From Alistipes sp. (GTDB taxonomy: Bacteria; Bacteroidota; Bacteroidia; Bacteroidales; Rikenellaceae): 64,000 bases of DNA. Shown here one piece after another: positions 1 through 9,610 of this stretch. Where the stretch lies: NCBI GenBank assembly GCA_017547175.1, contig JAFYQI010000002.1:145722-209721 (forward strand), written 5' to 3'. The position numbers were made by a program, and so were the translations under genes. A model generated the notes under the pieces. The model saw only the letters and a program-made list of their open reading frames with translations, searched no databases and had not been told where the DNA came from. Position 1 is the stretch's first letter. Each line of letters begins with the position of its first letter.

Positions 1-690
1 AAGAGTAAAGATAGACATTTGCCATATAGAGATAGTCTGACGGAAGGTTACAACATCACGCCAAACTTCTTTATTCGAGGAGTAGTTAATTCGCAAAACA
101 TTTCTTACGATGAGGATATCAAAGAGCAAAGTGATGTGGTAAGATACAATAGGCATTTCTATAATAGGCTCTTTGATAGAGATACGCTAATATTGAAGGA
201 GTATAATATCAACTTCCTCTATGTGTTATCTACATATGCAATTCACATAGATTCAGAAAGTCGTACTCATAGATTGAGAACATTGTTCCGCAATGACCTC
301 ATAGAATCGCTTGATAAGACTTATACATTCTATAAGGTTAAACAGAAGGCCGGCGGAATTGGTCTGGAAGAATTGGTTAGAACCCATTTCTACACATTTG
401 CTGGAAGGATGTATAAGAGCCCAGAGGATGATACTATCTGGGTGGCACTTGAAAAAGAACGAGCAACCGAGGCCGAGAACGATAGAGAATACCCAAGCAT
501 CGACCTCCTATCTAGAGATGCTATGGTTAGTAATCCATTGGAAGTCTGCGAACGAGCATCTGATTATGGTTGCATAGAGAAGTATTTCAGCAGTCCTAAG
601 TGGAGCGTTGATTATGCGTACATTTTCCAGCAACCTGAGTCAGAAAGCTTGGGACTCGTAGCGGATGTAAAGATTGCTTATAATGAATAA
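1..690 (+). CDS. hypothetical protein, C-terminal part (5' end lies left of the window)
   Basis: Frame 1 is open from nt 1 (KSKDRHLPYR...). TAA at 688-690 overlaps the ATG of the next gene (ATGAATAA). AT-rich like the rest of the island. No motif I can name. Confidence 0.6.
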   Translation, partial: KSKDRHLPYRDSLTEGYNITPNFFIRGVVNSQNISYDEDIKEQSDVVRYNRHFYNRLFDRDTLILKEYNINFLYVLSTYAIHIDSESRTHRLRTLFRNDLIESLDKTYTFYKVKQKAGGIGLEELVRTHFYTFAGRMYKSPEDDTIWVALEKERATEAENDREYPSIDLLSRDAMVSNPLEVCERASDYGCIEKYFSSPKWSVDYAYIFQQPESESLGLVADVKIAYNE

Positions 691-1687
691 AAAAACATTG
701 ATGAATAGAAACACTATGGCACGTCGAAGGAAAATAGGCTCAATTAAAAATGAATTAGCAACTAAGGCTAGAGAAGCCATGTTGTCTGCCGTTCAAATCT
801 ACAATAATCCTAATATTCAATTTAAGGCGGAAACTTTTATTGTGTTATCAATTATTGCGTGGACATATTTAATGCATGCATATTATAGACAACAAAAGAT
901 AGATTATTGTTACTATAAGGTTAATGATAATGGGCGTAAAAAATATGACAAAACAAAGTTTGGAGCAAAAAAACACTGGGAGTTAGAACGGTGTATAAAT
1001 TGTGATGAATCTCCATTAAATGAACACATCTCACAAAACCTAAGGTTTCTAATAGGATTAAGACACGAGATAGAACATCAAATGACCTCAAAAATAGATG
1101 ATGCTCTTAGTGCAAAATTTCAGGCATGTTGTATTAACTTTAATGATGCAATTGTTGAATTAATAGATTCTAAATATGCCATTGATAAACATTTGTCGTT
1201 CTCTCTACAATTTACATCATTATCAGAACCACATGTAGAGCAGTTGGAAAAATTTGATGGCCTTCCAAAACACATAGAATCGTTTATTACAAATTTTGAC
1301 GAGCAATTAGATGATGATGTTTTTAATAGTCCTAAATACTCATATAGAGTATTGTTTGTGCAAAAAAACGTCAACAAAAAAGGGCAGGCCGACAAAGTAA
1401 TTGAGTTTCTACCTAAAGACTCTCCTTTAGCTGATCAACTTAGCAAAGAGTACTATATAATAAAGGAAAGGGAGAGAAAGAAACTATTGCCTAGTCAACT
1501 CGTGAAAATTGTGAAGGAAAAAGGCTATGAAAAATTAAACCTCTATCATTTTGCGAAATGCTGGAAGAGTAAAGATGCAAAACGAGATAATACATATGGT
1601 TGTATGGTTGGAGGTAAAGAATGGTACTGGTACGAAAATTTTATTCCTATTGTAGAGCAATATTGTAAAGAACACAACCTTAAGTAG
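683..1687 (+). CDS. DUF3644 family protein
   Basis: ATG 683 overlaps the upstream stop. AREAMLSAVQIYNNP...FKAETFIVLSIIAWTYLMHAYY and the RHEIEH block match my memory of DUF3644. Confidence 0.7.
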   Translation: MNKKTLMNRNTMARRRKIGSIKNELATKAREAMLSAVQIYNNPNIQFKAETFIVLSIIAWTYLMHAYYRQQKIDYCYYKVNDNGRKKYDKTKFGAKKHWELERCINCDESPLNEHISQNLRFLIGLRHEIEHQMTSKIDDALSAKFQACCINFNDAIVELIDSKYAIDKHLSFSLQFTSLSEPHVEQLEKFDGLPKHIESFITNFDEQLDDDVFNSPKYSYRVLFVQKNVNKKGQADKVIEFLPKDSPLADQLSKEYYIIKERERKKLLPSQLVKIVKEKGYEKLNLYHFAKCWKSKDAKRDNTYGCMVGGKEWYWYENFIPIVEQYCKEHNLK

Positions 1688-1704
1688 AATTCAATAATAC
1701 AAAA

Positions 1705-2856
1705 ATGTGTATGAAAGAATCTCAGTTTTTTGAAACCCAAACAATGTCCTCGCGAATCAAAGCGAGCATTGTATCCGAATATTTTCCCAAATACTGCAAA
1801 ATAATAATCAATAAGCACCGCCCAAAGCAATTGAGATATATTGACCTATTTGCTGGTCCGGGTAGATACGAGGATGGCAATGCTTCTACACCCATATTAA
1901 TTGCTCAAAATTGTTTTAAGGATGAATATTTAAGAAATAATGTAAGATTCATATTTAATGATAATACATATGCAGAACAATTAAAAACTAATTTTCTAAA
2001 AGAGTTTCCGGTTGGTTCATTTGCAATACCTCCATTTTTTGGCAATAAAACAGTTGGCGATAATCAAAAAATATCAGACTTTTTGATTAAAAACACACAT
2101 GAAGGTAAATGTAATGAGAGCCCATCTTTACTTTTCATTGATCCATTCGGATACAAAGGTATAGAAACAAATGTTTTAGCTCAATTTTTAAAAAATTGGG
2201 GTAATGAATTATTCTTATTTATAAACACGAAGCGAATTCATCCAGCACTTGAGAATGAGAAATTTGAACCTCTAATGAGAGATTTATTCCCAACTACTTA
2301 CGAATCTATAAAAAGAGATAGGAAGTTTAAATCTACTACACCTGAAAGATTACAATTAATAATTGACAATTTGGGGAAAGAATACCAAAAGATTTTAGGT
2401 GGCTCCTTATATTACACCGCATTTAGATTCCAAGAAGAAGATATTGATACTACAAGTCATTATATTCTACATTTAACTAAGGGGAAGAGAGGCTTTGATT
2501 TAATTAAGACCATATACAATGACTTCGCCAATGTGGGAACTATTTTTGACGGTGTAAATACATATACATTTGATGTGAAGCAGTTTAACAATCCAATAAC
2601 TGAATTATTTGATGTTAAGGCTATGAATATAGACAATCTCAAACATCAAATCTATACTAATTATAAAGGTCGAAAGATATCCGCATACGATTTGTTTGAA
2701 GAGCATCAAATTACTGGCAATTATTGTAGAAAACATTACACTGATGCATTACGCTCACTTGTTGAGGAAAACAAAGTGGATGCAGAATTTACAGACCAAA
2801 AGCAACATTATGTATCAGTTCTTATTTCTAAAGAATGCATTTTAACATTCTTATAA
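1705..2856 (+). CDS. tcmP: three-Cys-motif partner protein TcmP
   Basis: SRIKASIVSEYFPKY, YIDLFAGPGRY and LLFIDPFGYKG resemble the TcmP family (TIGR04474). It lies 3 nt upstream of the expected DUF5131 partner. Confidence 0.7.
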   Translation: MCMKESQFFETQTMSSRIKASIVSEYFPKYCKIIINKHRPKQLRYIDLFAGPGRYEDGNASTPILIAQNCFKDEYLRNNVRFIFNDNTYAEQLKTNFLKEFPVGSFAIPPFFGNKTVGDNQKISDFLIKNTHEGKCNESPSLLFIDPFGYKGIETNVLAQFLKNWGNELFLFINTKRIHPALENEKFEPLMRDLFPTTYESIKRDRKFKSTTPERLQLIIDNLGKEYQKILGGSLYYTAFRFQEEDIDTTSHYILHLTKGKRGFDLIKTIYNDFANVGTIFDGVNTYTFDVKQFNNPITELFDVKAMNIDNLKHQIYTNYKGRKISAYDLFEEHQITGNYCRKHYTDALRSLVEENKVDAEFTDQKQHYVSVLISKECILTFL

Positions 2857-2859
2857 ATT

Positions 2860-3591
2860 ATGGCAACAACATCAATAGAATGGACAGATAAAACTTGGAA
2901 CCCTGTCACGGGTTGTACAAAATTATCTAAAGGGTGCGAACATTGTTATGCCGCTGTTATGGCGCGAAGATTAAAAGGCATGAAAAAAAGCAAATATGCG
3001 AATGGCTTTAAGGTTACATTGCATAATAACGCTTTAATAGAGCCTACACAATGGAAAAATCCTTGTATCATATTTGTTTGCTCAATGAGCGACTTGTTTC
3101 ATAAGGATGTTCCTTTTGAATTTATTGACAAAGTATTTAGTGTTATAAAGGATACTCCGCAGCATAACTATCAAATACTTACAAAGCGAGCAGAGCGTAT
3201 GGCTGAATACTTCAAGACTCGCAAAATACCTCATAATGCCTGGGTTGGTGTTACGGTAGAAAATGAAGAGACCAAGTCAAGAATAGACTATATTAGACAT
3301 CTAGATGCAACTGTCAAATTCCTTTCATGCGAACCATTGTTAGGAGATTTGGAGGAGCTAAATCTTGATGGTATAAATTGGATAATTGTAGGAGGCGAAA
3401 GTGGCACACAAGCTCGTCCTATGAAAGAAGAGTGGGTGTTGAATATAAAACGACAAGCTGATGCTAATAGTATTCCATTCTTTTTCAAGCAATGGGGAAC
3501 TTGGAGTAAAGATGGCATAAAAGGGAACAAGAAGATAAACGGCAAACTCTTGCAAGGTGAAATCGTGCAGAATATACCTCGTATTAAATAA
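2860..3591 (+). CDS. DUF5131 / phage Gp37-Gp68 family three-Cys-motif protein
   Basis: N-terminal SIEWTDKTWNPVTGCTKLSKGCEHCYA (C-x7-C-x2-C) and C-terminal WIIVGGESG...PFFFKQWG are typical of PF07505. Confidence 0.8.
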   Translation: MATTSIEWTDKTWNPVTGCTKLSKGCEHCYAAVMARRLKGMKKSKYANGFKVTLHNNALIEPTQWKNPCIIFVCSMSDLFHKDVPFEFIDKVFSVIKDTPQHNYQILTKRAERMAEYFKTRKIPHNAWVGVTVENEETKSRIDYIRHLDATVKFLSCEPLLGDLEELNLDGINWIIVGGESGTQARPMKEEWVLNIKRQADANSIPFFFKQWGTWSKDGIKGNKKINGKLLQGEIVQNIPRIK

Positions 3592-3610
3592 ATAGCATAT
3601 CTAGAATACT

Positions 3611-4354
3611 ATGAGAAAGGTTTGGAACTGCATAAAAAAGTTTTTGGGTTACATAAATAGGACACCGCTCAATCCTATCATACTAATTTTGTTCTTCACT
3701 ATTGCTGGTGGATTCCTTATGATTTCGCTCGGAGGAAATGAAAATAGTATGGAGTATTTTCTATCATGCGTCGGATTAGGTATTAGTGCGGCTGTGGTAC
3801 AATGCACATTAATACAAAATCGAATCCAAAAAGATAACATAAAGATCCAACTCTTTGATAAAAGGTATAGCGTATTCCAATCTGTATTAGATACAATTAC
3901 TCTTATCAAGAGAGACAATTGGGATAGATACATTCTTTTCAATGAAAATGACATCAACAAACAGATGATACTTGTTGAAGAGAACCTGTATAAGTCTGTA
4001 CAACTTTCTGTATGTCTGTTCGACGCCAGCTTACACTCAAAATTAGCAGAAGTGAATAATGCCTTCTGTAAAGTTACAAAGGCGTATAAGAACATGCTTA
4101 CAGCCAATCTGGAGAATTTGGCTAATCAAGGAAATGCTCAAGAATACCTATCAGTCTTGACTACCCACATATTGTCAAGTGCTGGACTTGGCTCCGAGAA
4201 ATACGAAAATGATCTTAAAGAGAAATTTCCTAATGTGTATATCAACTTAATGGAGTTTTCTAAAGAGTGCGAAGCATATATTACATTTGTTGAAGAATGT
4301 GAAATTCTCAAAGATCTTGGTAGGTATGTTGTTGTTGACAAATTAGATAAATAG
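3611..4354 (+). CDS. membrane-anchored hypothetical protein
   Basis: One or two N-terminal hydrophobic helices (PIILILFFTIAGGFLMISL, LSCVGLGISAAVV) followed by a soluble helical region. Same operon spacing (19 nt and 11 nt gaps). Confidence 0.55.
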   Translation: MRKVWNCIKKFLGYINRTPLNPIILILFFTIAGGFLMISLGGNENSMEYFLSCVGLGISAAVVQCTLIQNRIQKDNIKIQLFDKRYSVFQSVLDTITLIKRDNWDRYILFNENDINKQMILVEENLYKSVQLSVCLFDASLHSKLAEVNNAFCKVTKAYKNMLTANLENLANQGNAQEYLSVLTTHILSSAGLGSEKYENDLKEKFPNVYINLMEFSKECEAYITFVEECEILKDLGRYVVVDKLDK

Positions 4355-4365
4355 AAGATTTGCAT

Positions 4366-5232
4366 ATGACAAAAATATCCATTCGATTTTATAATGACCG
4401 TGAGGTGCGAGCTGTTTGGGATGAGGAAAAATCCAAATGGTGGTTCTCTGCGGTCGATATCGTAGCTGCTATAACAGAGAGCCCTCGTCCTCGTGTCTAT
4501 TGGGGTACGGTAAAAAGTCGTTTGAAGAACAAAGACTTTCAGTTGTATTCAAAATGTATACAACTGAAATTAACCGCTACCGATGGCAAGAAATATGCTA
4601 CCGATTGCTTCATTCAAGACGACATTATAGCATTGGTAAAAGCGATTCCAAGCAAGAAGGGTGCAGATTTTCTTGATTGGTTCACATACAACGACAATAC
4701 TATTGACGGTCAGAGTCGCAAGAAGGCCTATTCTCTGTTTGAGAGTGGTATATTGAATAATTTAGAGCCAGGAAGCATTAAATGCTTACAGCAGATCCAC
4801 GCCTACCTGTTTGGCGGTTTATATGATTTTGCTGGTCAGATTCGCACGGTGAATATCGCAAAGGGCGGTTTCCAGTTTGCTATGGCGCAATTCCTTCCGC
4901 AGACACTCGCAACAATCGAGCAAATGCCCGAAACGACTTTTGAGGAGATTGCTGACAAATATGTCGAGATGAACATCGCTCATCCGTTCCGTGAGGGCAA
5001 TGGCCGTGCAACTCGTATTTGGCTCGATTTGATTCTCAAAAAGCAGTTGCAGAAATGCGTTGATTGGAGCAAGATTGACAAGAATGATTATCTGAATGCG
5101 ATGCAAAAGAGTGTTGCTGACTCTTCAGAAATTAAGAGACTGTTGCGATCGGCTTTGACAGACAAGATCAACGACCGTGAAACCTTTATGAAGGGCATTG
5201 ACTACTCGTACTACTACGAGCAGGAGGAATAA
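4366..5232 (+). CDS. Fic family protein with Bro-N/KilA-N-like N-terminal domain
   Basis: Fic motif HPFREGNGRATR. N-terminus FYNDREVRAVWDEEKSKWWFSAVDIVAAI resembles Bro-N. First ATG is at 4366; the track start 4360 is TTG. Confidence 0.85.
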   Translation: MTKISIRFYNDREVRAVWDEEKSKWWFSAVDIVAAITESPRPRVYWGTVKSRLKNKDFQLYSKCIQLKLTATDGKKYATDCFIQDDIIALVKAIPSKKGADFLDWFTYNDNTIDGQSRKKAYSLFESGILNNLEPGSIKCLQQIHAYLFGGLYDFAGQIRTVNIAKGGFQFAMAQFLPQTLATIEQMPETTFEEIADKYVEMNIAHPFREGNGRATRIWLDLILKKQLQKCVDWSKIDKNDYLNAMQKSVADSSEIKRLLRSALTDKINDRETFMKGIDYSYYYEQEE

Positions 5233-5256
5233 AGAAAATTTCAAAGTGCCAAACCT

Positions 5257-5293
5257 AACATTTCAAAGTGCCATTTTGGCACTTTGAAATGTT
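5257..5293 (+). terminator. perfect 16-bp hairpin (AACATTTCAAAGTGCC / loop ATTTT / GGCACTTTGAAATGTT)
   Basis: Arms 5257-5272 and 5278-5293 are exact reverse complements. Lies 25 nt after the Fic stop. No T-tract follows. Confidence 0.45.
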
Positions 5294-5305
5294 GCCAATA
5301 AAGTC

Positions 5306-5340
5306 AACAACTCGTGAGGACCCTCGCGAGTTGTTTTATT
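5306..5340 (+). terminator. rho-independent terminator of the Fic operon
   Basis: AACAACTCGTGAGG-A-CCCTCGCGAGTTGTT stem followed by TTTTATT. Confidence 0.6.
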
Positions 5341-5703
5341 ATCCCATATACCATCTTGCTTTTTTGTGGCATTTCATCTTGTGTTTTTGTGATAAAGAAA
5401 CATAGTCAAATGGCACTTTGAAATACCATCTACACTTTCCCAAATAGAAAGTAAATTATAGACCCTGGCGAGCAAAAATGCCTCAAATAGGGAATCTTTA
5501 TTTATACACCTTTTAACACAATTTTCTATGAAATTTTACTATCTTTGTACTTGGATTAGGGCTCCGAGCAGAAAATCAGAGAAGTGTGCATTTACTGTAA
5601 TAGAATGGCACAATTATCGACCCTATTTCGGCTTAAAGTTTGCAACTCATTGATTATCAATGCTATTTTCACACTGCATAGGTAAATAATTAAAAATCAA
5701 GCT

Positions 5704-6957
5704 ATGAAGAGATTGTTATTGGTGGCGTTGGTGCTGGTTACGATGCAGCTCCAGGCCCAAGATTTGGCGCACTACAAGCGGGTGGTCAAGGAGCTGAGCT
5801 CGGCGAAATATCAGGGTCGCGGTTATGCCGAGGATGGTGCGAACAAGGCCGGGCGATGGATTGCCAAGGAGTTCAAGAAGGCCGGGGCCGATGCGGTGAT
5901 CTGCCAGCCCTTCAAGCTCAACATCAACACCTTCCCGGGCAAGATGGAGGTCGAAGTAGATGGTCAAAAGCTGACGCCGGGTGTCGATTTCACGGTGCGC
6001 GAGTTCAACCCTTCGCTCAAAGGCGAGTTCAAGCTCTACTACATCGACATGGAGCACTACAACTCCGAGAAGCTTTTTGCCGATCTGGCTTCGCCCGAGT
6101 ACGAGGGTGCCTTTGTGGTGTGTGACTTTATGTTCTCGTTCAAGCACCGCGCCGATTTCAAGCGTCTGCAAAGTAAGCAAGAGTGTTCGAACGCAGGTCT
6201 GATTTACACCTGGGAGGCACCGCTGAAATTCTACAAGGCCTACGGCGAGACCGTGAAGGAGAAACCGATTTTGTGGGTACGTCCCGACTTCCCGAACGAT
6301 GCCAAGCGCATCCGCGTCGATATGGAGAACGAATTTTTGGAGGATTATGAGTGCTTCAACGTGATTGCCAAGGTCGAGGGTCAGAAGCACGACAGCTGCT
6401 ACCTCTTCACAGCCCACTACGACCACCTCGGCAAGCTGGGCAAGAAGACCTACTACCCGGGTGCGCACGACAACGCCTCGGGCACGGCCACGATCATCAC
6501 TATGGCGGCCCATTACGCGCAGCACACCCCCGAATACGACATGTACTTCGTCGCCTTCTCGGGCGAGGATGCCAATCTGCGCGGCTCGGAGTGGTATGCC
6601 GACCACCCGATTGCCCCGCTCGAGCAGATCAAATACCTGATCAACATCGACATGGTGGCCGACAACAATCCGGCACAGTATTGCGAGGTGAGCAACGAGG
6701 GCATGGCAGGCTTTGCCCGCTTCGAGCAGATTAATGCCGAAAAGGGCTACTTCAAGGCGCTGGATCGCGGTGAGCTGGCCGGCAACAGCGACCACTACCC
6801 CTTCGCACTCCGCAAGGTGCCGTGCATCTTCTTCATGAACGAGAATGGCGACGCCTTCAAATACTACCACACGGTTTACGACACCTGGGAGAACTCCATC
6901 TTCAGCAACTACGAGCCCACCTTTAAGCTCATCCGCGACTTTATCGATCAGCAGTAG
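5704..6957 (+). CDS. M28 family metallopeptidase (secreted aminopeptidase-like)
   Basis: Signal peptide MKRLLLVALVLVTMQLQA. Zn-ligand blocks HYDHLG, GAHDNASGTA, FSGEDANLRGSEWY. Confidence 0.85.
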   Translation: MKRLLLVALVLVTMQLQAQDLAHYKRVVKELSSAKYQGRGYAEDGANKAGRWIAKEFKKAGADAVICQPFKLNINTFPGKMEVEVDGQKLTPGVDFTVREFNPSLKGEFKLYYIDMEHYNSEKLFADLASPEYEGAFVVCDFMFSFKHRADFKRLQSKQECSNAGLIYTWEAPLKFYKAYGETVKEKPILWVRPDFPNDAKRIRVDMENEFLEDYECFNVIAKVEGQKHDSCYLFTAHYDHLGKLGKKTYYPGAHDNASGTATIITMAAHYAQHTPEYDMYFVAFSGEDANLRGSEWYADHPIAPLEQIKYLINIDMVADNNPAQYCEVSNEGMAGFARFEQINAEKGYFKALDRGELAGNSDHYPFALRKVPCIFFMNENGDAFKYYHTVYDTWENSIFSNYEPTFKLIRDFIDQQ

Positions 6958-6977
6958 AGCGGCCCGAGTTAACAAGC

Positions 6978-7012
6978 AAAGCGGGTGGCCTGATGTTCAG
7001 GTCACCCGCTTT
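6978..7012. terminator. bidirectional hairpin terminator
   Basis: AAAGCGGGTG...CACCCGCTTT with an inner CCTGA/TCAGG pairing, between convergent genes. Confidence 0.6.
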
Positions 7013-7028
7013 ATAATAGTGTAGGTAT

Positions 7029-7430
7029 CTACTCTATCACCGCAGCACCCACAGCATTGCAAACCTTCGCGCGGAGATCGCCCACCGTACCCTTATCCTC
7101 GGGGTGTACACGATGGGCCAAGAGGACTATTGCCAACTTTGAGACGGGATCGATGACAATGGCCGTGCCGGTATGTCCCGTGTGGGAAAAAGTACGCGTG
7201 GGATGGAGCATGCAGCCATACTTGCCAGGCATGGCGTCATTCTCCCAGCCCAACGAGCGTCCGATATGCTCAAAGCCGCGCGGCATAGTGGTCATCGCCT
7301 CGACGGTCTGCTTACCCAGTACGCTCACGCCGTTGATCTGTCCGCCATTCATCAGTGCCGCAGCCAGGAGTGCCAAATCCTCGGCACTGGAGAAGAGGCC
7401 TGAATTACCCGAATTTTCCCGATTCATCAC
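7029..7430 (-). pseudogene. C-terminal remnant of a beta-lactamase-family serine hydrolase
   Basis: Only 133 aa remain (GLFSSAEDLALLAAALMNGG ... HTGHTGTAIVIDP ... LLAHRVHP). The N-terminal SxxK half is missing. Only about 80 nt separate it from the next terminator. Confidence 0.6.
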
Positions 7431-7501
7431 GCGGCCCAGCGGACTCCAACGCCCGACCCATTGGGCACATAGTAGCCATATAACTCATAATCGTGACAGC
7501 A

Positions 7502-7549
7502 ATATAAAAAGCGAAGTTGCACCACATGTTAACCATGGGTGCAACTTCG
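7502..7549 (-). terminator. terminator of the UPF0597 gene
   Basis: 12-bp stem CGAAGTTGCACC / GGTGCAACTTCG (7512-7523, 7538-7549), with a T-tract on the minus strand. Confidence 0.6.
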
Positions 7550-7590
7550 TCTTGTAGCATAACGACCGACTAGTCGTCAAGAAATACTTT

Positions 7591-8877
7591 TTACGATTTG
7601 TGTGTCATGATATCCAACACAATTCGATCTGTCTCATTCATGGCATCGCGTCCAATACGGGTGAGGTTTTGAATCGAGCGATCCACATCGTCGTCAATGA
7701 TACCCTCTACCGAGGTGACACAACGGCCGTTCATGGCCATCAGGGCCGACATCACGGCGGTCGAAACACCACTCATCAGTTTCATGGCACAACTCGGTTT
7801 AGCACCGTCGCAAATCATACCCGTCAGGTTGGCGATCATATTCTTCACAGCCGAAACCACCTCGTCATATCCACCCCCCATCAGGTAGGTGATACCGCAA
7901 CTCGAGCCCGTAGCCGCTACCACACAGCCGCACAGTGCCGAAAGGCGACCGAGCGACTGTTTGATGTAGATCACCGTCAGGTGGCTCAGCGTCAGGGCAC
8001 GAATCGTCTGTTCCTCCGTGGCACCAATTTCCTCGGCATAGACCGCTACGGGTAACGTAGCGGCAATACCCTGGTTACCGCTACCCGAATTACTCATCAC
8101 AGGGATCTTGGCACCTGCCATACGGGCATCGCACGCAGCTGAAGTATACGACAAGAGGCGGGTAAAGATACTATCGCCCATAATTTTGCAATCACGAGCC
8201 TCACGCATCGTGCGACCAATGGCGTGGCCGTAGTTACCCTGCAACGACACCTCGGCTGCATCTTTATTCAAACGTTTCGTTTCCAGAATAAAGCGGAGTT
8301 CCTCAACGGGCGACTCCATCGCAAATTCCCATACGCGAGCCAACGAAAGGGGCACATCTGTTGTCTCCTCCTGATTAGCCGTCGTCGTGCGATTATCCAG
8401 CTCGGCTGTGCCGTTCTTTGTCAAATAGACAAAGTTGGTATGGCCACCGGCGATGATCGCTACAGCCTCTTCGTCGCCTGCCACGGTGCGAATCTCAATG
8501 TAGAGCTTTTCCGTGATATCCTCCTTCAGACCAATGGCGATGCGCTTCTCGTCAATGAAGGTCTTACCGGCCTCTACCGCTTCGGGAGTCACATCGCGCA
8601 GCACCTCCAACTGATACTCCGACTTACCGACCAAGGCACCCAAAGCGATGGCAATCGGCAAGCCGATCATACCCGTACCCGGAATACCGACGCCCATGGC
8701 GTTTTTCAAGACATTGGCGCTGAGCAGTACCTCGATCTGCTCGGGACACTTGCCCAACAACTCCGTAGCGCGCGCTGTACACAAAGCGACAGCTATTGGC
8801 TCGGTACAACCAATCGCAGGGATAACTTCATGATTGATCAGCGCGATAAGTTGCTGGCGTTCTTCTTTGTTCAACAT
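7591..8877 (-). CDS. UPF0597 / serine dehydratase alpha-chain-like protein (L-cysteine desulfidase family)
   Basis: N-terminus LINHEVIPAIGCTEPIAVALCTARA is the family signature as I recall it. Confidence 0.75.
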   Translation of the reverse strand: MLNKEERQQLIALINHEVIPAIGCTEPIAVALCTARATELLGKCPEQIEVLLSANVLKNAMGVGIPGTGMIGLPIAIALGALVGKSEYQLEVLRDVTPEAVEAGKTFIDEKRIAIGLKEDITEKLYIEIRTVAGDEEAVAIIAGGHTNFVYLTKNGTAELDNRTTTANQEETTDVPLSLARVWEFAMESPVEELRFILETKRLNKDAAEVSLQGNYGHAIGRTMREARDCKIMGDSIFTRLLSYTSAACDARMAGAKIPVMSNSGSGNQGIAATLPVAVYAEEIGATEEQTIRALTLSHLTVIYIKQSLGRLSALCGCVVAATGSSCGITYLMGGGYDEVVSAVKNMIANLTGMICDGAKPSCAMKLMSGVSTAVMSALMAMNGRCVTSVEGIIDDDVDRSIQNLTRIGRDAMNETDRIVLDIMTHKS

Positions 8878-8909
8878 AGGTTTGGGATTGTGTGTATATG
8901 TTAAATATG

Positions 8910-9587
8910 CTATTTACCGACCGACTGAGCCAGGGCAAAGAAGTACTGCTCGCCCTCCAGACCGATTACCTGAAGCACCTCGGGCGAAGCACCGCCACGC
9001 GTAATCGACTTCAAACCCGTACCGGCGGTATAGAGATTCACATTCTCGGCGTAACCGGCAGCATCTTGGCCGCAAAGGTACTGCGCCTTCTCAACGGGGA
9101 ACTTACGCTCGTTATAGGGGGTCAGGTCGGCTACATAGACCAGGTTCAAGGCAGCAGTCTCGACAAAACCCTGCGCACCGGCCTTCACCATATAGTTACC
9201 CTCCTTGACACGCACCAAACGGTGACCCTTCGCCTCATAACGATATATACCCTCCTCAAAGAAGGCATAAACCGTAATGGGATAGAGTGCCAACGCCGAA
9301 GGTGCCGTCAGGTGGTCATTCTCGGGACGATTAATTCCTGCAGCAGCCCACAGAACACCCGAAAGTTCCTCCATCGAGAGCTTCTCGGCTGAATATTCAC
9401 GCCACGAACGACGATTCTGCAACGCCTCGGAGATATTCATACCACGCGACAGATCGGGTGCAGGCAATTCGATCACTTCACCATAAACTACAGGAGTCGA
9501 AGCCAACTCTTCGGCCTCGCATTTGGTCTGTTGATTGCAGCAGGCCGTCATTGCAAAAGCCACAACTGCGAAAAGAATAGTTTTCAT
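8910..9587 (-). CDS. nitroreductase-family lipoprotein
   Basis: Lipobox FAMTAC. RRSWREYS...LSGVLWAAAGINR resembles the nitroreductase/SagB-type fold. Confidence 0.7.
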   Translation of the reverse strand: MKTILFAVVAFAMTACCNQQTKCEAEELASTPVVYGEVIELPAPDLSRGMNISEALQNRRSWREYSAEKLSMEELSGVLWAAAGINRPENDHLTAPSALALYPITVYAFFEEGIYRYEAKGHRLVRVKEGNYMVKAGAQGFVETAALNLVYVADLTPYNERKFPVEKAQYLCGQDAAGYAENVNLYTAGTGLKSITRGGASPEVLQVIGLEGEQYFFALAQSVGK

Positions 9588-9610
9588 CGTAAATCGTGTT
9601 ATATTAAAGG

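Larger units (their letters stand above)
5238..5424. repeat. four copies of the 13-mer ATTTCAAAGTGCC (two forward, two reverse)
   Basis: Forward at 5238-5250 and 5260-5272. Reverse complement at 5278-5290 and 5412-5424. Confidence 0.8.

Noticed and set aside
5716-6975. 419-aa minus-strand ORF mirroring the M28 peptidase gene
   Set aside because: It is a shadow ORF of a GC-rich gene. The translation is low-complexity (V/R/G/L/H-rich) with no motif, while the plus-strand frame carries clear M28 metal-binding blocks.
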